A stretch of DNA of 64,000 nucleotides, from contig CAWHAE010000011.1 of NCBI GenBank assembly GCA_963827235.1, positions 1 through 64,000 of the forward strand. The letters are read 5' to 3'. The stretch's first letter is position 1. Every line of letters starts with the position of its first letter. Shown here one piece after another: positions 42,545-53,243 of the stretch. Under the pieces are notes generated by a model. It made no database searches. It worked only from the letters and a program-made list of their open reading frames with translations, and had not been told where the DNA came from. The stretch is from an uncultured bacterium. GTDB lineage: Bacteria > Chloroflexota > UBA5177 > JANWHV01. Both the position numbers and the translations under genes were made by a program.

Positions 42545-44026
42545 CTATGCGTGATCCGCGAGCAGGACGTTGACGTTCTTGGTCTGGAGGTAGGACAGCA
42601 TCTCGCCCAGGTCTTCCTCGCGTCCCACCCCGGATTCCTTGACGCCGCCGTAGGGAGTCCCGGGAAAGTGCCTCGAACTGTCGTTCACCCAGACGTAGCC
42701 CGCCTGGACGTCACGCGCGAAGCGATGCGCAGTCCGGAGATCGGCCGTGAATACGCTCGCGGTCAGGCCCAACCCGACCCCATTGGCTATCTGCAAGGCC
42801 TCATCGTAGTCTCGGAACGGCATCGCGACCAGAACCGGGCCGAAGATTTCCTCCTGGGCGATGCGACTGGCCGGGTTCACGTTGTCGAACAAGGTGGGCT
42901 GCACGAACAGGCCCCTGGCCAGTTCCGGGGCCGTGGGCCGCCCACCGCCGACAACGAGGCGGGCTCCGTCTTCGAGGCCGAGGCCAATGTATCGGCGGAC
43001 CTTGTCGAACTGCCCTTGATGGACCATGGCACCGGTATCCGTGGAATCCTCGCAAGGATCCCCGACCCTGAGTTTTCCGATCCTGTCCGCAAGCTTGCCG
43101 ACGAACTCGGCGTGCAGCTGCTGATGGACGATCAACCGGGAGGTCGATCCGCACGATTGGCCCTGCCAGGTGAAGTTCATCCCGCGCACCACGCCATCGA
43201 GTGCAGCGTCGAGGTCCGCGTCTGGAAAAATGACGATCGGATTCTTCCCGCCGAGTTCCAGCGTCACCGTCTTCACGGCGACCTCGGCTGCCCTTCGCTG
43301 GATGGAACGGCCGGTCTCGCTGCCTCCGATGAAGGCGATACGTCGCACGCGGGGATCGGCGACGAGCGCGTCGCCCACGTCGTGGCCCATCCCGGTGACC
43401 ACGTTGACCACGCCCGGCGGGAAGATGTCGATCAAATCGTCGACCAGGGCCAGGATCGACAGCGAGGTGAACTCGCTCGGCTTCAATACGACGGTATTGC
43501 CAGCGATCAACGGCGCCGCAATCTTCGCGACGGCGAACATCAGGGGATGGTTGAAGGGGATGATGCGGGCGGTCACCCCGAATGGCTGGCGCAACGTGTA
43601 GTCCAGTCGATCGTGGGCGACCGGAATGGTCTCGCCTCTCGCCATCAAGGCAAGGCCGGCGAAGTACCGAACCTGGGAAGCCGCAATGCGAACATCGTTG
43701 CGCATCTCCCGGATGGGGCTGCCGTTGTCGGCTGTGTCGATGGCGGCCAATTCATCTCCCCGCCGCTCTACGACGTCGGCCAGCCGCAGCAGGGCCGCCG
43801 CCCTCGCAAGCGGGGACTGGGCGGCCCACCCCGGGAACGCGCGTTCCGCCTCGTCGACTGCATGCTGCACATCGCGCACGCCGCACCGCGTGAACGATGC
43901 GATGCGCTCTCCCGTTGCAGGGTTGGTCGATTCGAGGGGAGGCCCCCCGCAGCCCAGGTACCTCTTGCCACCGATCACGGTGGGCATGACCTCGCTGCCC
44001 AGCAGACTCTTGCCGGAATTGCTCAT
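42545..44026 (-). CDS. Aldehyde dehydrogenase, PhdK (2-carboxybenzaldehyde dehydrogenase)-like
   Basis: IPFNHP, LELGGKNP, GMNFTWQGQSCGSTSR, EEIFGPV; GMNFxWxGQSCGS recalled as typical of the PhdK-like subfamily. Confidence 0.88.
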   Translation of the reverse strand: MSNSGKSLLGSEVMPTVIGGKRYLGCGGPPLESTNPATGERIASFTRCGVRDVQHAVDEAERAFPGWAAQSPLARAAALLRLADVVERRGDELAAIDTADNGSPIREMRNDVRIAASQVRYFAGLALMARGETIPVAHDRLDYTLRQPFGVTARIIPFNHPLMFAVAKIAAPLIAGNTVVLKPSEFTSLSILALVDDLIDIFPPGVVNVVTGMGHDVGDALVADPRVRRIAFIGGSETGRSIQRRAAEVAVKTVTLELGGKNPIVIFPDADLDAALDGVVRGMNFTWQGQSCGSTSRLIVHQQLHAEFVGKLADRIGKLRVGDPCEDSTDTGAMVHQGQFDKVRRYIGLGLEDGARLVVGGGRPTAPELARGLFVQPTLFDNVNPASRIAQEEIFGPVLVAMPFRDYDEALQIANGVGLGLTASVFTADLRTAHRFARDVQAGYVWVNDSSRHFPGTPYGGVKESGVGREEDLGEMLSYLQTKNVNVLLADHA

Positions 44027-45107
44027 GGCCGGTTCACGCCCGCCCGGGAACCGCCTCGCCTGGCGTCGTTAAATGCCGGGAGCACGTCCTGGATGAAGGA
44101 CGCCAACGACGCATTCGACTCTTCTGGCGACATGAAGGCGAAGTTGAAGAGCATGCCCAGGTGCCGCACGCCCGCACTGCGGTACACGTCGATCTGATCG
44201 ATCACCGACGATGCCGTACCGACGATGAACTGCTTGCGGACGTACTCCTCCGGATTGCCCGTGGGCCCGATCACGGCCCCCAGCGCACCGCCGGGGATCT
44301 TCGCACTGGTGCGGACCCCGTACTCGTGAAGCATCTGGACGCGGCGAATCGCCTCGTCATAGGCCTCGGCGTCCGAGTCGCGCACGATCACGTTACGAAA
44401 GCAGAAGCTCCACTCAAGCCTGTCCTCGATGATGTCCTCGGAAAAGCCAGCCGTAGCCATCGCGCTACGATAGATCTCCAGTCGCTGAAGCAACTCTGGC
44501 AACTCCAGACGGGCCATGTAGATGTACTCCGCCACCAGGCCGGCGTCGTGAGCGGCCTTGTCGTTGATCGTCATCCTGGCCAGGGGCGGGTGCGCGCGGT
44601 GGTAGCCGCTGGGCATCACGCGGGAATAGATCGTGCCCGTCTCGTATCGCGTGGACCACTTCAGGGGCGCGTCCCCCTCCTTCATGCTCCAGGCGGCCTT
44701 CATCGCAGCCAGCACCGCTCGGAAGTCTTCCTGCTTGTCGGCGGGATTGCGGCCCAGCCCCACGAATTCCATCGCGTCGCCACCGTGGCCAGGCCCACGA
44801 TCGTATTGCCCTTGGTCAGCACGTCCATGAGGTTGATGTGCTCGGCCAGGGCAATGGGGTTGTGCAGGGGAGCGATGACGGCACTGTGGATGAAGCGGGT
44901 GCCCGGAGCGCAGCGGCCGGCGAGGTGCGCTGCCATCATCAGGTTGCTGCTGTAGGTGTTCCACTCGGAGAAGTGGTGCTCGGTCAGGCCCACTCCGACG
45001 AAGCCGGCGTGGGTGGCCCGGACGGCCTGGTCGATGCACGTCTCGATGATGTCCGCGTCATGCTCCGCGCCAGGTGTCTGAGCATTGACGTAGTAGGTGA
45101 ATTTCAT
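44023..45107 (-). CDS. Luciferase-like (LLM) flavin-dependent monooxygenase (frameshift near 44790)
   Basis: GLTEHHF, PLHNPIALAEHINLMDVLTKG; C-terminal FIVGT...VLPAF. Confidence 0.85.
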
Positions 45108-45125
45108 GTCTCGGACTCACTCTCG

Positions 45126-45161
45126 TTATGTGTTGCAGAAGCCTATTCTGCAGGGTAGCAG
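45126..45161. promoter_or_regulatory. Operator pair upstream of the LLM gene
   Basis: TTATG-TGTTG-CAGAAG followed 20 bp later by TTCTG-CAGGG-TAGCAG; together they form TGCAGAA-N5-TTCTGCA. Confidence 0.5.
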
Positions 45162-45218
45162 GCGAGATGGCACATCTCAACAACAGCGGCCAGCCGCGGC
45201 CAACGCCGCGTTGGCGAG

Positions 45219-45647
45219 TCAGGCTGCGGCAGGGCCGCCAGGCCCTGCCGCCGGGGAGACCTCGTTGCCGGTTTCCGCGGACCGGTGACTCGCGGGCGAC
45301 CCAGCCGTTCGAACCTCCGGCATGGGTCGCAGCCGTCGCAACCGGGCTTGGGCCGACGCCGCCATCATCTCGGGCTTCCATTCCCAGGCGCCCGAGCGCG
45401 TGTCGCAGGTGACCCGCTCGACGCCATCGATCGCCATGAGGTTGTCTTCGATCGCCGAGATGATGTTCGAGGCCTGCCAGCAGACGGGGCTCGTGAAACG
45501 CAGTTGGATCTCGACGTGGGTCCCGTCGATCTTGATTCCTCGCACGATCCCCATATCGACCAGGTTGATCGGTACGCCGGTGGCGATGCTGCAGGGATCG
45601 ACCACGCTTCTCAATGCCTCGGTCACCTGGTCTTGAGAGATCATCAC
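45219..45647 (-). CDS. DUF59 (SufT/PaaD-like) metal-sulfur cluster assembly protein
   Basis: ALRSVVDPC...NLVDMGIV...TSPVC...W.PEMM. Confidence 0.88.
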   Translation of the reverse strand: MMISQDQVTEALRSVVDPCSIATGVPINLVDMGIVRGIKIDGTHVEIQLRFTSPVCWQASNIISAIEDNLMAIDGVERVTCDTRSGAWEWKPEMMAASAQARLRRLRPMPEVRTAGSPASHRSAETGNEVSPAAGPGGPAAA

Positions 45648-46726
45648 TCAGCCCGGCCCGCAGACGCGGTCGTGGAGTACGGGTCAGCAGGAGCACCTGC
45701 TCCCCGACGCTTCGCGAACTCGTCATTGCGGATTGCAGCGAGGCGCGATTCGAGATCGAGCCCGACCATCTCGGCGTAGTTGTCGGCAAGGATACGGCGT
45801 TTGTCATCTTCGGTGATCTGCCTGACGCCCCCTCGCTCGACGGTGTCGTCGTTGAACCGAAACTCGCGAACGAAGCGCTCGAGCGCGGGCCGTGGGTGGA
45901 TTGCCATGCAGCCAGTCCCCCACATGATCCGGCGCAGCGCGTGTTCCTGCCCGACCCGCATGAGGTTAAACATCGCATCGTGGAACTGCCCGGGGGCGTG
46001 AATCAGCATCGCGCTCGTGATCTCGAGGTTGACCCAAACGTTCTGGAAGCGAGCGAGCTGCCACGCGGTTTCCTCGACAAAGGCGGCTCCACCATGAACG
46101 ATCTCGAAATTCAGCTCCGGGAACGCGATCGCCGCACGGTCGATGTCGTCCACCTTGTAGACGTCCATGGGCACAGGCCCCATCGGCACCGCCTTGTGAA
46201 TCGCTACGACCTTGAGCCCGAGTTTTTGCGCGCGCTCGAAAACGGGGAACGCCACTTCCGGGTCGTCCATCCGCCAGCCCCTGACCTGGTCAGCGACGAA
46301 GGTGTTCGGATAGAGCTTCACGCCGACCGGCTTGAGCAGTTCCACCTGGCGATCCAGCTCGTCGAGCGCGCGCTTCCCGTCCAGCGGGTCGACGCCGGCA
46401 TACACCACCGTGCGGTGGGGCCAGCGTTGCTTGGCCTCGAGCGCCTTCGCGAGCGAACAGCTGCCATCCTTGTAGGCGCCGATCTGCAGAGCGTGGTGCA
46501 CGGCGATGTCCGCATAGCTCTCGACGAACGACACGTTCGAGATCTCTTCGACCGACCAGTCGCGGATCCAGGTGTCCTGGGGAAGGCGATATCCCGGGGC
46601 CGCCGCGGCGTGGGTTGCGTGGTACACCTGCTGCGCCAGGATCGCGCCGTAGCGGTTCGCGTAATTGTCGGGCGCCCAGTTGTAGGCGTGGACGATCGCG
46701 TCAATGACTGGAAATCCGTCGATCAT
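45644..46726 (-). CDS. Amidohydrolase-2 family protein
   Basis: IDAIVHAYN, GVKLYP, AIHKAVP, EIVHGG, IMWGT, ILADNYA. Confidence 0.88.
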   Translation of the reverse strand: MIDGFPVIDAIVHAYNWAPDNYANRYGAILAQQVYHATHAAAAPGYRLPQDTWIRDWSVEEISNVSFVESYADIAVHHALQIGAYKDGSCSLAKALEAKQRWPHRTVVYAGVDPLDGKRALDELDRQVELLKPVGVKLYPNTFVADQVRGWRMDDPEVAFPVFERAQKLGLKVVAIHKAVPMGPVPMDVYKVDDIDRAAIAFPELNFEIVHGGAAFVEETAWQLARFQNVWVNLEITSAMLIHAPGQFHDAMFNLMRVGQEHALRRIMWGTGCMAIHPRPALERFVREFRFNDDTVERGGVRQITEDDKRRILADNYAEMVGLDLESRLAAIRNDEFAKRRGAGAPADPYSTTASAGRAE

Positions 46727-46909
46727 ATTGCTCCCCTGTGGGCCGCCGACATGCCGCTGCGGCGAACGTGACGCCCGAATCCATCAGGACGACGTCGCGC
46801 AGGAGCCATCCTGCTGCACCCCAACTGATGGTGGTGTCCTTATTGGTCAATCCGACTGCGGGTCGGTCACATCGGCACCTCTGGGAAGCGCCGCGCCACA
46901 ACTGCAGCG

Positions 46910-46972
46910 GTGCACTCTCCAGAATGTCAATCTGCAGGACATAATACCAAGAAGGCTCGAGCGCGTGCAAGC
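46910..46972 (-). promoter_or_regulatory. Sigma70-like promoter overlapped by an operator pair
   Basis: Minus strand TTGCAC-N18-TATTAT overlaps ATCTG-CAGGA-CATAAT (46930-46945); second half-site CAGAAT 20 bp earlier. Confidence 0.5.
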
Positions 46973-47031
46973 CAACGGCAGGCCTGGGGCCCCGGCGGAT
47001 TTCCGTCCGCAAGGGCAGCCGGGCGCAGGGC

Positions 47032-48276
47032 TCACTTCAGGCGAACCTGCAGCTTGTGCATGCCGCGGGCCGTTATGCCGCCTATCCAATGGGGCTCTTC
47101 GTCGCACAGCTGCATTCCCGGGAAGCGGCGCGCGAGCTCGACGAGCACGATGTTCGCTTCGAGGCGCGCCAGATGCTGCCCGATGCAGACGTGGAGCCCG
47201 CCGCCGAAGCTCAGCGGTCTGACATCCTTGCGCGTAATGTCGAGCCGATCCGGATCCGGGAATCGCTCCGGATCGCGGTTTGCGGCCCCCATCAGCGGGA
47301 CCACCGTATCGCCGGCGGGAATGGTCGCGGTGGGAAGCACTATGTCTTCCGTGGCGATCCGGTGTGGCGGCTCGGCCTGCACGGACGATTCGAAGCGCAG
47401 GAGTTCCTCGACGGCGCCATCCACGAGCCCGGCAGGGTCCGAGGTGAAGAGCTCCCACTGGTCACGATGGCGAAGCAGGGAGTAGACCGCGTTGCCGAGG
47501 AAGTGCGTCGTGGTCTCAAACCCCGCGATGTAGAGCAGGCCCGCGTTGGCGAGGACTTCCTCCTCGGTCAGCGTTCCGGCTTCCATGGCGGCCACCGACC
47601 TGCTGAGCAGGTCCTCGCCCGAGCCGCCGCGCCGCTGCTTGATGCGGTCGCCGAGGAAGCCGTTGAGCTTGTCCATGGCGTTGTCCGCCGTGCGCAGGAC
47701 GCCCTCGTCGACCATCGGCTCGAAGGTCGGGCCGACGGCGGCCGCCCAGTCGATGAAGGCCTGGATGTCGTCGCTACCCGGCAGCCCCATGAGATGTCCC
47801 ATGACTTTGATGGTGAGCTGATAGCCCAGTTCCCCGACGATGTCGATCTCGCCGCGCGCCGTCGCGCTGTTGAGCAGCTCATCGGTCAGGGACGCGATGA
47901 ACGGCCGCAGCTCCATGACCCGTGAGCGATTGAATATGGCCGAGTTGTAAACGGCCCGCTTCGCGTGGTACTCGGGCGGATTCGAGAAGATCAGCCAGTG
48001 ACTCTGGCTCTCCGCGAACGACCGCTTCGCGGCCACGTCGGTGCCGCTGCTGCGTTGGTGGAAGTCCTCGAAGTGGCGGACGAAGCGCTTGTCCTTGAGG
48101 ATCTTCTGAACGTCGTCGTAGCGGGTGAGCACCCAGAAATTGCCTACCGACGAGCGATGGACGGGGTCGAGTTCGCGCAGCCGCGCGAACAGCGGATACG
48201 GATCGGACTGGTGCTCGGTCATGAGCCGCCGGAGGACGGCGTCGGCCTCCTCGGCGCGTGCTGGTGTCGTGGCCAC
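47032..48276 (-). CDS. Cytochrome P450
   Basis: AGFETT I-helix, EELLR (ExxR), ANRDPERF, FGGGLHVCIG heme motif. Confidence 0.95.
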   Translation of the reverse strand: MATTPARAEEADAVLRRLMTEHQSDPYPLFARLRELDPVHRSSVGNFWVLTRYDDVQKILKDKRFVRHFEDFHQRSSGTDVAAKRSFAESQSHWLIFSNPPEYHAKRAVYNSAIFNRSRVMELRPFIASLTDELLNSATARGEIDIVGELGYQLTIKVMGHLMGLPGSDDIQAFIDWAAAVGPTFEPMVDEGVLRTADNAMDKLNGFLGDRIKQRRGGSGEDLLSRSVAAMEAGTLTEEEVLANAGLLYIAGFETTTHFLGNAVYSLLRHRDQWELFTSDPAGLVDGAVEELLRFESSVQAEPPHRIATEDIVLPTATIPAGDTVVPLMGAANRDPERFPDPDRLDITRKDVRPLSFGGGLHVCIGQHLARLEANIVLVELARRFPGMQLCDEEPHWIGGITARGMHKLQVRLK

Positions 48277-48405
48277 TTGAGAACCCCCTATAGATCCGTG
48301 TTGGTCAGGATGAAGATGGAACGGGGCACGCCGGATGCGCTGCGACTGGAGCCGGACAGGGCCCGGTACGCGACGACTCGAACCGGCGCATCGGAGCGAC
48401 ACTGT

Positions 48406-49093
48406 TCATCGTGCGCCGCCCAATCGGTTGAGCAGCACTGCGCTCACCAGGATCACTCCCGTTACGATCTGCTGCCAGTAGCTGGAGATATCCGAGAGGC
48501 TCAGTCCGTTCCCGAGCGTCGCAAGAGAAAGGACTCCGAGCGCGGTCCCGCCCACTCCACCCGACCCGCCATTGATGCGCGTGCCACCGAGCAAGACCGC
48601 ATCGATGGCCTCGGGCGGGACGTGGTTGTCGATCGTCGGGCTGGCGGCACCGCTGCGCCCGATCCCGATCACGGCCGCGAGTGCGGAAGCGATTCCGGAA
48701 AGGGCGAAGGCGAAGGCGATCATGCGCTCCGTATTGATTCCTGCCAGGCGCGCGGCCTGGCAATTGCCTCCGACCGCGTAGACGTCTCGCCCGCAGTACG
48801 TACGGTTCTGGAGGAGTTGGGCGAGTACGAAGGTCACGCCCATGATCCACAGGGAAATGTTCACGCCCAGGAAACTGCCGAAGACGATGGAGTCCGTGAT
48901 TGACGCCTGGACGGGAATCGCCATCGTGTCCGACCGCAGGTTGACGAGCCCCGTTGAATGCCGTCAGCGACGCCAGGGTCACGAGCAGGAACGATAGCCC
49001 GAGGCGGCCGATGAGGACGCCGTTGACGCCACCGCCGAGCAGTGCTCCGACCGCGATCGTGATGGCCAGGGGGAGGCGACTCACTGCTGCCAT
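48406..49093 (-). pseudogene. Truncated sugar-type ABC permease (RbsC-like)
   Basis: NGVLIGRLG, GRDVYAVGGN..AARLAGI, AVLLGGT...GGSG, SYWQQIVTG; N-terminal third missing, frameshifted; no ATPase or binding protein nearby. Confidence 0.8.
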
Positions 49094-49124
49094 CTCTCTT
49101 GATTGGCGGCCCCGCCTCAAGATC

Positions 49125-49160
49125 ATCTGGTAGTAAGAATATCGATCTGCGGACCATAAC
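49125..49160. promoter_or_regulatory. Tandem operator pair (candidate IclR site)
   Basis: ATCTG-GTAGT-AAGAAT and ATCTG-CGGAC-CATAAC at 20-bp spacing. Confidence 0.55.
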
Positions 49161-49434
49161 ATACCAGCCCGTCGCGCGGATTGCCATCGCTAATGCATCC
49201 AATAGGATCATCAGCGGGCGATCGGCGGGTGCCGTGCATCATTGGCCGGATTGAAGATCGTGCGCCAACACAGGAATCGCGGTTGCCCGCATCGAGCTTG
49301 CGTAGCGCATCCGCCAGCGGCAGTGCTCATTTGGGCCCGGCCGACAAGGTCGCAGCGTGGCGCAGCAGCCGCTGCGGGATCGAGCCCGCGACTACCGTTG
49401 TGTCGGCGACCCCGGATGCGCCGGGCCCAATCGC

Positions 49435-51123
49435 TCAGTAGCCGACGAAGGGGGAGCGCGACGACTTCGGTTCCTGCCTGCACACGACGTCCAGCACTAC
49501 AGGTCCCTTCAGGAGCGGGAGGTGTCGCTCAAGGGCCGCCGTCAATTCGGCCGGCGTCTCCACTCTCTCGGCGGTGGCGCCAAGGCCGCGACAGATGGCG
49601 GCGTTGTCCGCCTGCCATCCGAATCGGAGGTCCATCCCCGCTTCGAGGACGGCAGCGGCTCCGCGCGCTACGCTGCCACGCATGCTGCTCCAGCCGCCGT
49701 TGTTGAGGATCACGACGAGCAGGGGCCGGTCGTACTGGACGGCAGTCCAGATGGCCTGCATCCCGAAGAGGAATCCACCGTCGCCGATGATCGCCACGAC
49801 TGGCGCTGCTCCCAGTGCGAAGGACACGCCCACCGCCGCGCCGAGGCCCCATCCCTGGCAGCTCGCCGAGGCGCATACGTAGTGCCGGCTCGTCGGCAGG
49901 GGAAAGTTCTCGCGCACCAGCAGGGTCGCGGTCGTCGCATGCTCGACGAGGACCGTTTCAGGAGGGAGCGCCTTGCGCAGTTCCGCGCAGATCCTCGCCA
50001 CGCTCATCGGCTGCGCGTCCCAGGATTTTTCGCGCGACTCTTCCAGGTGCCGACGATCGGCCGCGATCTGCTCGCGAACCGCGGCCGCACGCTGTAATAG
50101 CCGCGGTTCGGCGAGTCCTTCGCCTGACTTGCGGCACGCGGCGGCTAGGGCCACCACGCTGGGCCCGACCGGCCCGATCACGGCGATCTGCGCGTGCGCG
50201 ATCTTGTTGAGTTCACGGCCGGAACTTCCAAACCAGAAGTGCCGCTTGCTCCGCCCTGCATGGAGGACCCGACCATGGACGGCCTCATAGGTATTGGCGC
50301 CCACGTGCAGGATGACGTCCGCGCGCTCGACCAGCTCGGCCGCCTCGACGAGCGTCCCGCCGAAGAACTCGAATCGCACCGGCGCAGGAAGCATGGCGGG
50401 ATCCGGCTCGGCGACGATCGGACACGAGTAGAGCGACGCCAGCGCCGTCAGCTCCTCGCTGACTCCCGCCATGATTGCCTCGTAACCCACGACCAGCAGC
50501 GGAAACTCCGCACGCTCCAGCGCGCGGGCGATCTCCTCGATGCGTTCGTCCGCAGGGTCGACACGGACTTGGGCCAGAAGGGTCGGCGTCCAGGCGGTGT
50601 ACTCGATCTCCTGGCTCCAGTAATCCACCGGGATTGCCACGAAGGTCGGCCCACAGGGCGGGGTCGTCGCGATCGTGTAGGCCCGGCGTAGGGCCTCCGG
50701 AACGCGGTCGGCGGTAGGGGGCATCCAGGCCCACTTCGTGAATGGGCGCACCGAAGCGATGATGTCGCTGATCTCGGCTCGGTGATCGGCTCCCACGGCC
50801 CACGACTCCGCCTGCGTGGCGGTGACGACGAGCGGTACGCGATCGCGGGCCGCGACGAAGATGGCGCTCGCGCCGTTCAACACACCCGTGCTCATGTAGA
50901 GGTTCAGGAACGATGCTTGACCACGGACTCGCGCATAGCCATCGGCCATCGCCGCCAGGGGAAACTCGTGCGGCGCGGTCACGTGCTCCAGTTGCGGAAA
51001 CTTCGGCAGCTCGTTGAGAAGCGGGTATACGCCCCGCCCAGGCATGTCGAACAGCCGGTCTGCGCCGGCATCGACCATGGAGCGCAGGGTGGCTTCTGCG
51101 CACGTCATACGCTGACGAGACAT
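49435..51123 (-). CDS. ThDP-dependent decarboxylase, benzoylformate decarboxylase-like
   Basis: HE..AMADGYAR; GDGG...NN ThDP motif. Confidence 0.88.
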   Translation of the reverse strand: MSRQRMTCAEATLRSMVDAGADRLFDMPGRGVYPLLNELPKFPQLEHVTAPHEFPLAAMADGYARVRGQASFLNLYMSTGVLNGASAIFVAARDRVPLVVTATQAESWAVGADHRAEISDIIASVRPFTKWAWMPPTADRVPEALRRAYTIATTPPCGPTFVAIPVDYWSQEIEYTAWTPTLLAQVRVDPADERIEEIARALERAEFPLLVVGYEAIMAGVSEELTALASLYSCPIVAEPDPAMLPAPVRFEFFGGTLVEAAELVERADVILHVGANTYEAVHGRVLHAGRSKRHFWFGSSGRELNKIAHAQIAVIGPVGPSVVALAAACRKSGEGLAEPRLLQRAAAVREQIAADRRHLEESREKSWDAQPMSVARICAELRKALPPETVLVEHATTATLLVRENFPLPTSRHYVCASASCQGWGLGAAVGVSFALGAAPVVAIIGDGGFLFGMQAIWTAVQYDRPLLVVILNNGGWSSMRGSVARGAAAVLEAGMDLRFGWQADNAAICRGLGATAERVETPAELTAALERHLPLLKGPVVLDVVCRQEPKSSRSPFVGY

Positions 51124-51166
51124 TCAGGTGCTCCTGATCAGAGAAGTTGCAGCGACCAGGCTCGTG

Positions 51167-52162
51167 CTAGACCGCGAAGGACTCAAGGCTTTCCGGAACG
51201 AAGAGGTCCGCGGGGTCCCACGCAGTGCTTGCCAGGCCCTGTGCATGCGAGTAGCGCAGGAAGGTCGCCAGGACCTTGCGGTTCTCGTCACTGAGGCCGT
51301 ACGCCCATGGGTTCGGCCCCATGATGGCCTCCGTCTCCTCGGCGTGGGCGATCAACCACGGGAGCGAGAATCTCAGCGCGGTTGTGTCGTGCTGCGCAGG
51401 GCGAACCTCGTTGAGCGAGGTATCAAAGGCCTTCTGGAGGTTCTTCGCGATCCAACGGTCCCGTTCGTAAATCTCCCGCCGGATGGCGACGGTGTGCATG
51501 ATCGGGAAGATCCCCGTGGTCTGGTAGTAGTCGCGTTCTACGGAAACGGCATCCGGGAACAGCCTTGTGACGCGTCCGTTGCCGAAGGTGCTTGGCGTGC
51601 GCGGAGCGTAGATCGCATCGATGGCGCCTTGGTCGAGCATCGCCGACAGGGTGGCACCCTCGGGGGCTCGCTCGATCGACACGGATTCAGGAAGCCTGAC
51701 TCGAGCCTTCTCGATGCGACCGGGCTGTTCCAGGCCGCCGGTGACGTAGGTGACGCTGTCGTGCGGCACCCCGTAGAACTCCTCGAGGATTCCCCGGATC
51801 CATACGATCGCAGTCAATTGGTACTCGGGGATCCCCACGCGCCTGCCGACGAGGTCCGAGGGTTGACCGACCGCACCGCCTTGGCGAATGAATATCCCCG
51901 AATGCCGAAAGGCGCGCGAAGGGAAGACGGGGATTGCCACAAACGGGCGCTGGGGATCGTCGAGGGAAAGCACGTAGGACGACAACGACATCTCGGCGAC
52001 GTCGAATTCCTTGAATCGCATCATCCGGAAAAATGACTCTTCAGGGGTCAGAGTCAAGTACACCAGATCGATGCCCTGCGGCCTGACGCGCCCATCACTC
52101 AGGGACCGGGTGCGATCGTAGTCCCAGCAGGCAAGCGACAGTCGGAGGGTGGAGTCGGACAC
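51167..52162 (-). CDS. 4,5-dihydroxyphthalate decarboxylase-like (Pht5/OphC family, substrate-binding fold)
   Basis: LACWDYDRT, FDVAEMSLSSY, PVFPSRAFRHS, PEYQLTAIVWIRG, FPIMHTV. Confidence 0.85.
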   Translation of the reverse strand: MSDSTLRLSLACWDYDRTRSLSDGRVRPQGIDLVYLTLTPEESFFRMMRFKEFDVAEMSLSSYVLSLDDPQRPFVAIPVFPSRAFRHSGIFIRQGGAVGQPSDLVGRRVGIPEYQLTAIVWIRGILEEFYGVPHDSVTYVTGGLEQPGRIEKARVRLPESVSIERAPEGATLSAMLDQGAIDAIYAPRTPSTFGNGRVTRLFPDAVSVERDYYQTTGIFPIMHTVAIRREIYERDRWIAKNLQKAFDTSLNEVRPAQHDTTALRFSLPWLIAHAEETEAIMGPNPWAYGLSDENRKVLATFLRYSHAQGLASTAWDPADLFVPESLESFAV

Positions 52163-52242
52163 GGCAATCCTTTCCGCTTTGCGGAAGATCAGTCTGCTCA
52201 CGATAACGGGCAGACCGATCCTTTACAAGGAGCCGAGCCCGG

Positions 52243-53017
52243 CTACAACTGTTCGCTGACCTCCTTAACCGCAGCAGCCAGGCGCGGCACCGCGCGTTCG
52301 GCGAATTGGTCACTGAACCGGCTCACCGGCACCGCCACGCTCATCGCGGCCGCGACCTGGCCCGAGGGAGTCAGAGATCAGGGCCGCGACGGCCGCTACA
52401 TCACTCTCGATCTCGCCAACGCTGACCGCATAACCGTCGCGTGCGATCTGCTTCAGCGACTTGAAGAGCGCCCTTCGATTGACGAGCGAGGCTCGGGTGC
52501 CACCCGGCAATTTCTCCTCCGGATACAGCTCAGCCAGTCGATCGCCCGGCAACGCGGCCAAGAGCACTTTCCCGAGGGCCGTCATGTGCGCCGGCAGGCG
52601 CATTCCTACCCTCGAGCCCACCCTCACGATGTGCCGACTCTCGACAGAATCGAGGAAGATCACCTCAGTACGATCGAGAACTGCGAGATGGATGGTCTCG
52701 CTGAGGTCGCTGTTTAGCCGCTCCATGACCGGACGCGCAATCGCGCGCACGTCCATGGCCCGCACGACCGCGAGTCCGATCTGGGCCAGGGCCGCGCCCG
52801 CACGATAAGCCTTGGAGCGCGGATCCTGCTCGACGAAACCGTGGTATTTCAGCATGGCGATGAGGCGATGCGCGGTCGAAGGCGCCACGCCCAAGGTTCG
52901 ACTCGCGTCCGCCACTCGCAAAGTGGGCTGCTCACGGAACAGCAGCAACAGTTGCAGCGCATTATCGACCGACTCAATGGGGTACGCCGGCGGCTTGGGC
53001 GTGGCAGCTTCAGGCAT
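52243..53017 (-). CDS. IclR-family regulator (C-terminal frameshift)
   Basis: SVDNALQLL...GVAPSTAHRL HTH; ETIHLAVL; PAHMTALGKVLLA. Confidence 0.9.
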
Positions 53018-53243
53018 GCATACCATCCACGGATTGCTGTTGTTTGGTTTGCACTTGCTTGCGCCTGTCTGGCGGCAGCCTGAACGGCGCTTTGCCGAAG
53101 TTTAGCCCAAGTAGTGCGATTGCGGTGACATCACCGGGGCGCCCGAAGCGTCGAGGCTGTCGATGCAGCGCCGCAATACGCCGAAAACAAGCCGGCACCC
53201 GGCGCCAACCGTCGACGACGGCTGGCGCCCAGGCGCAATCGAT

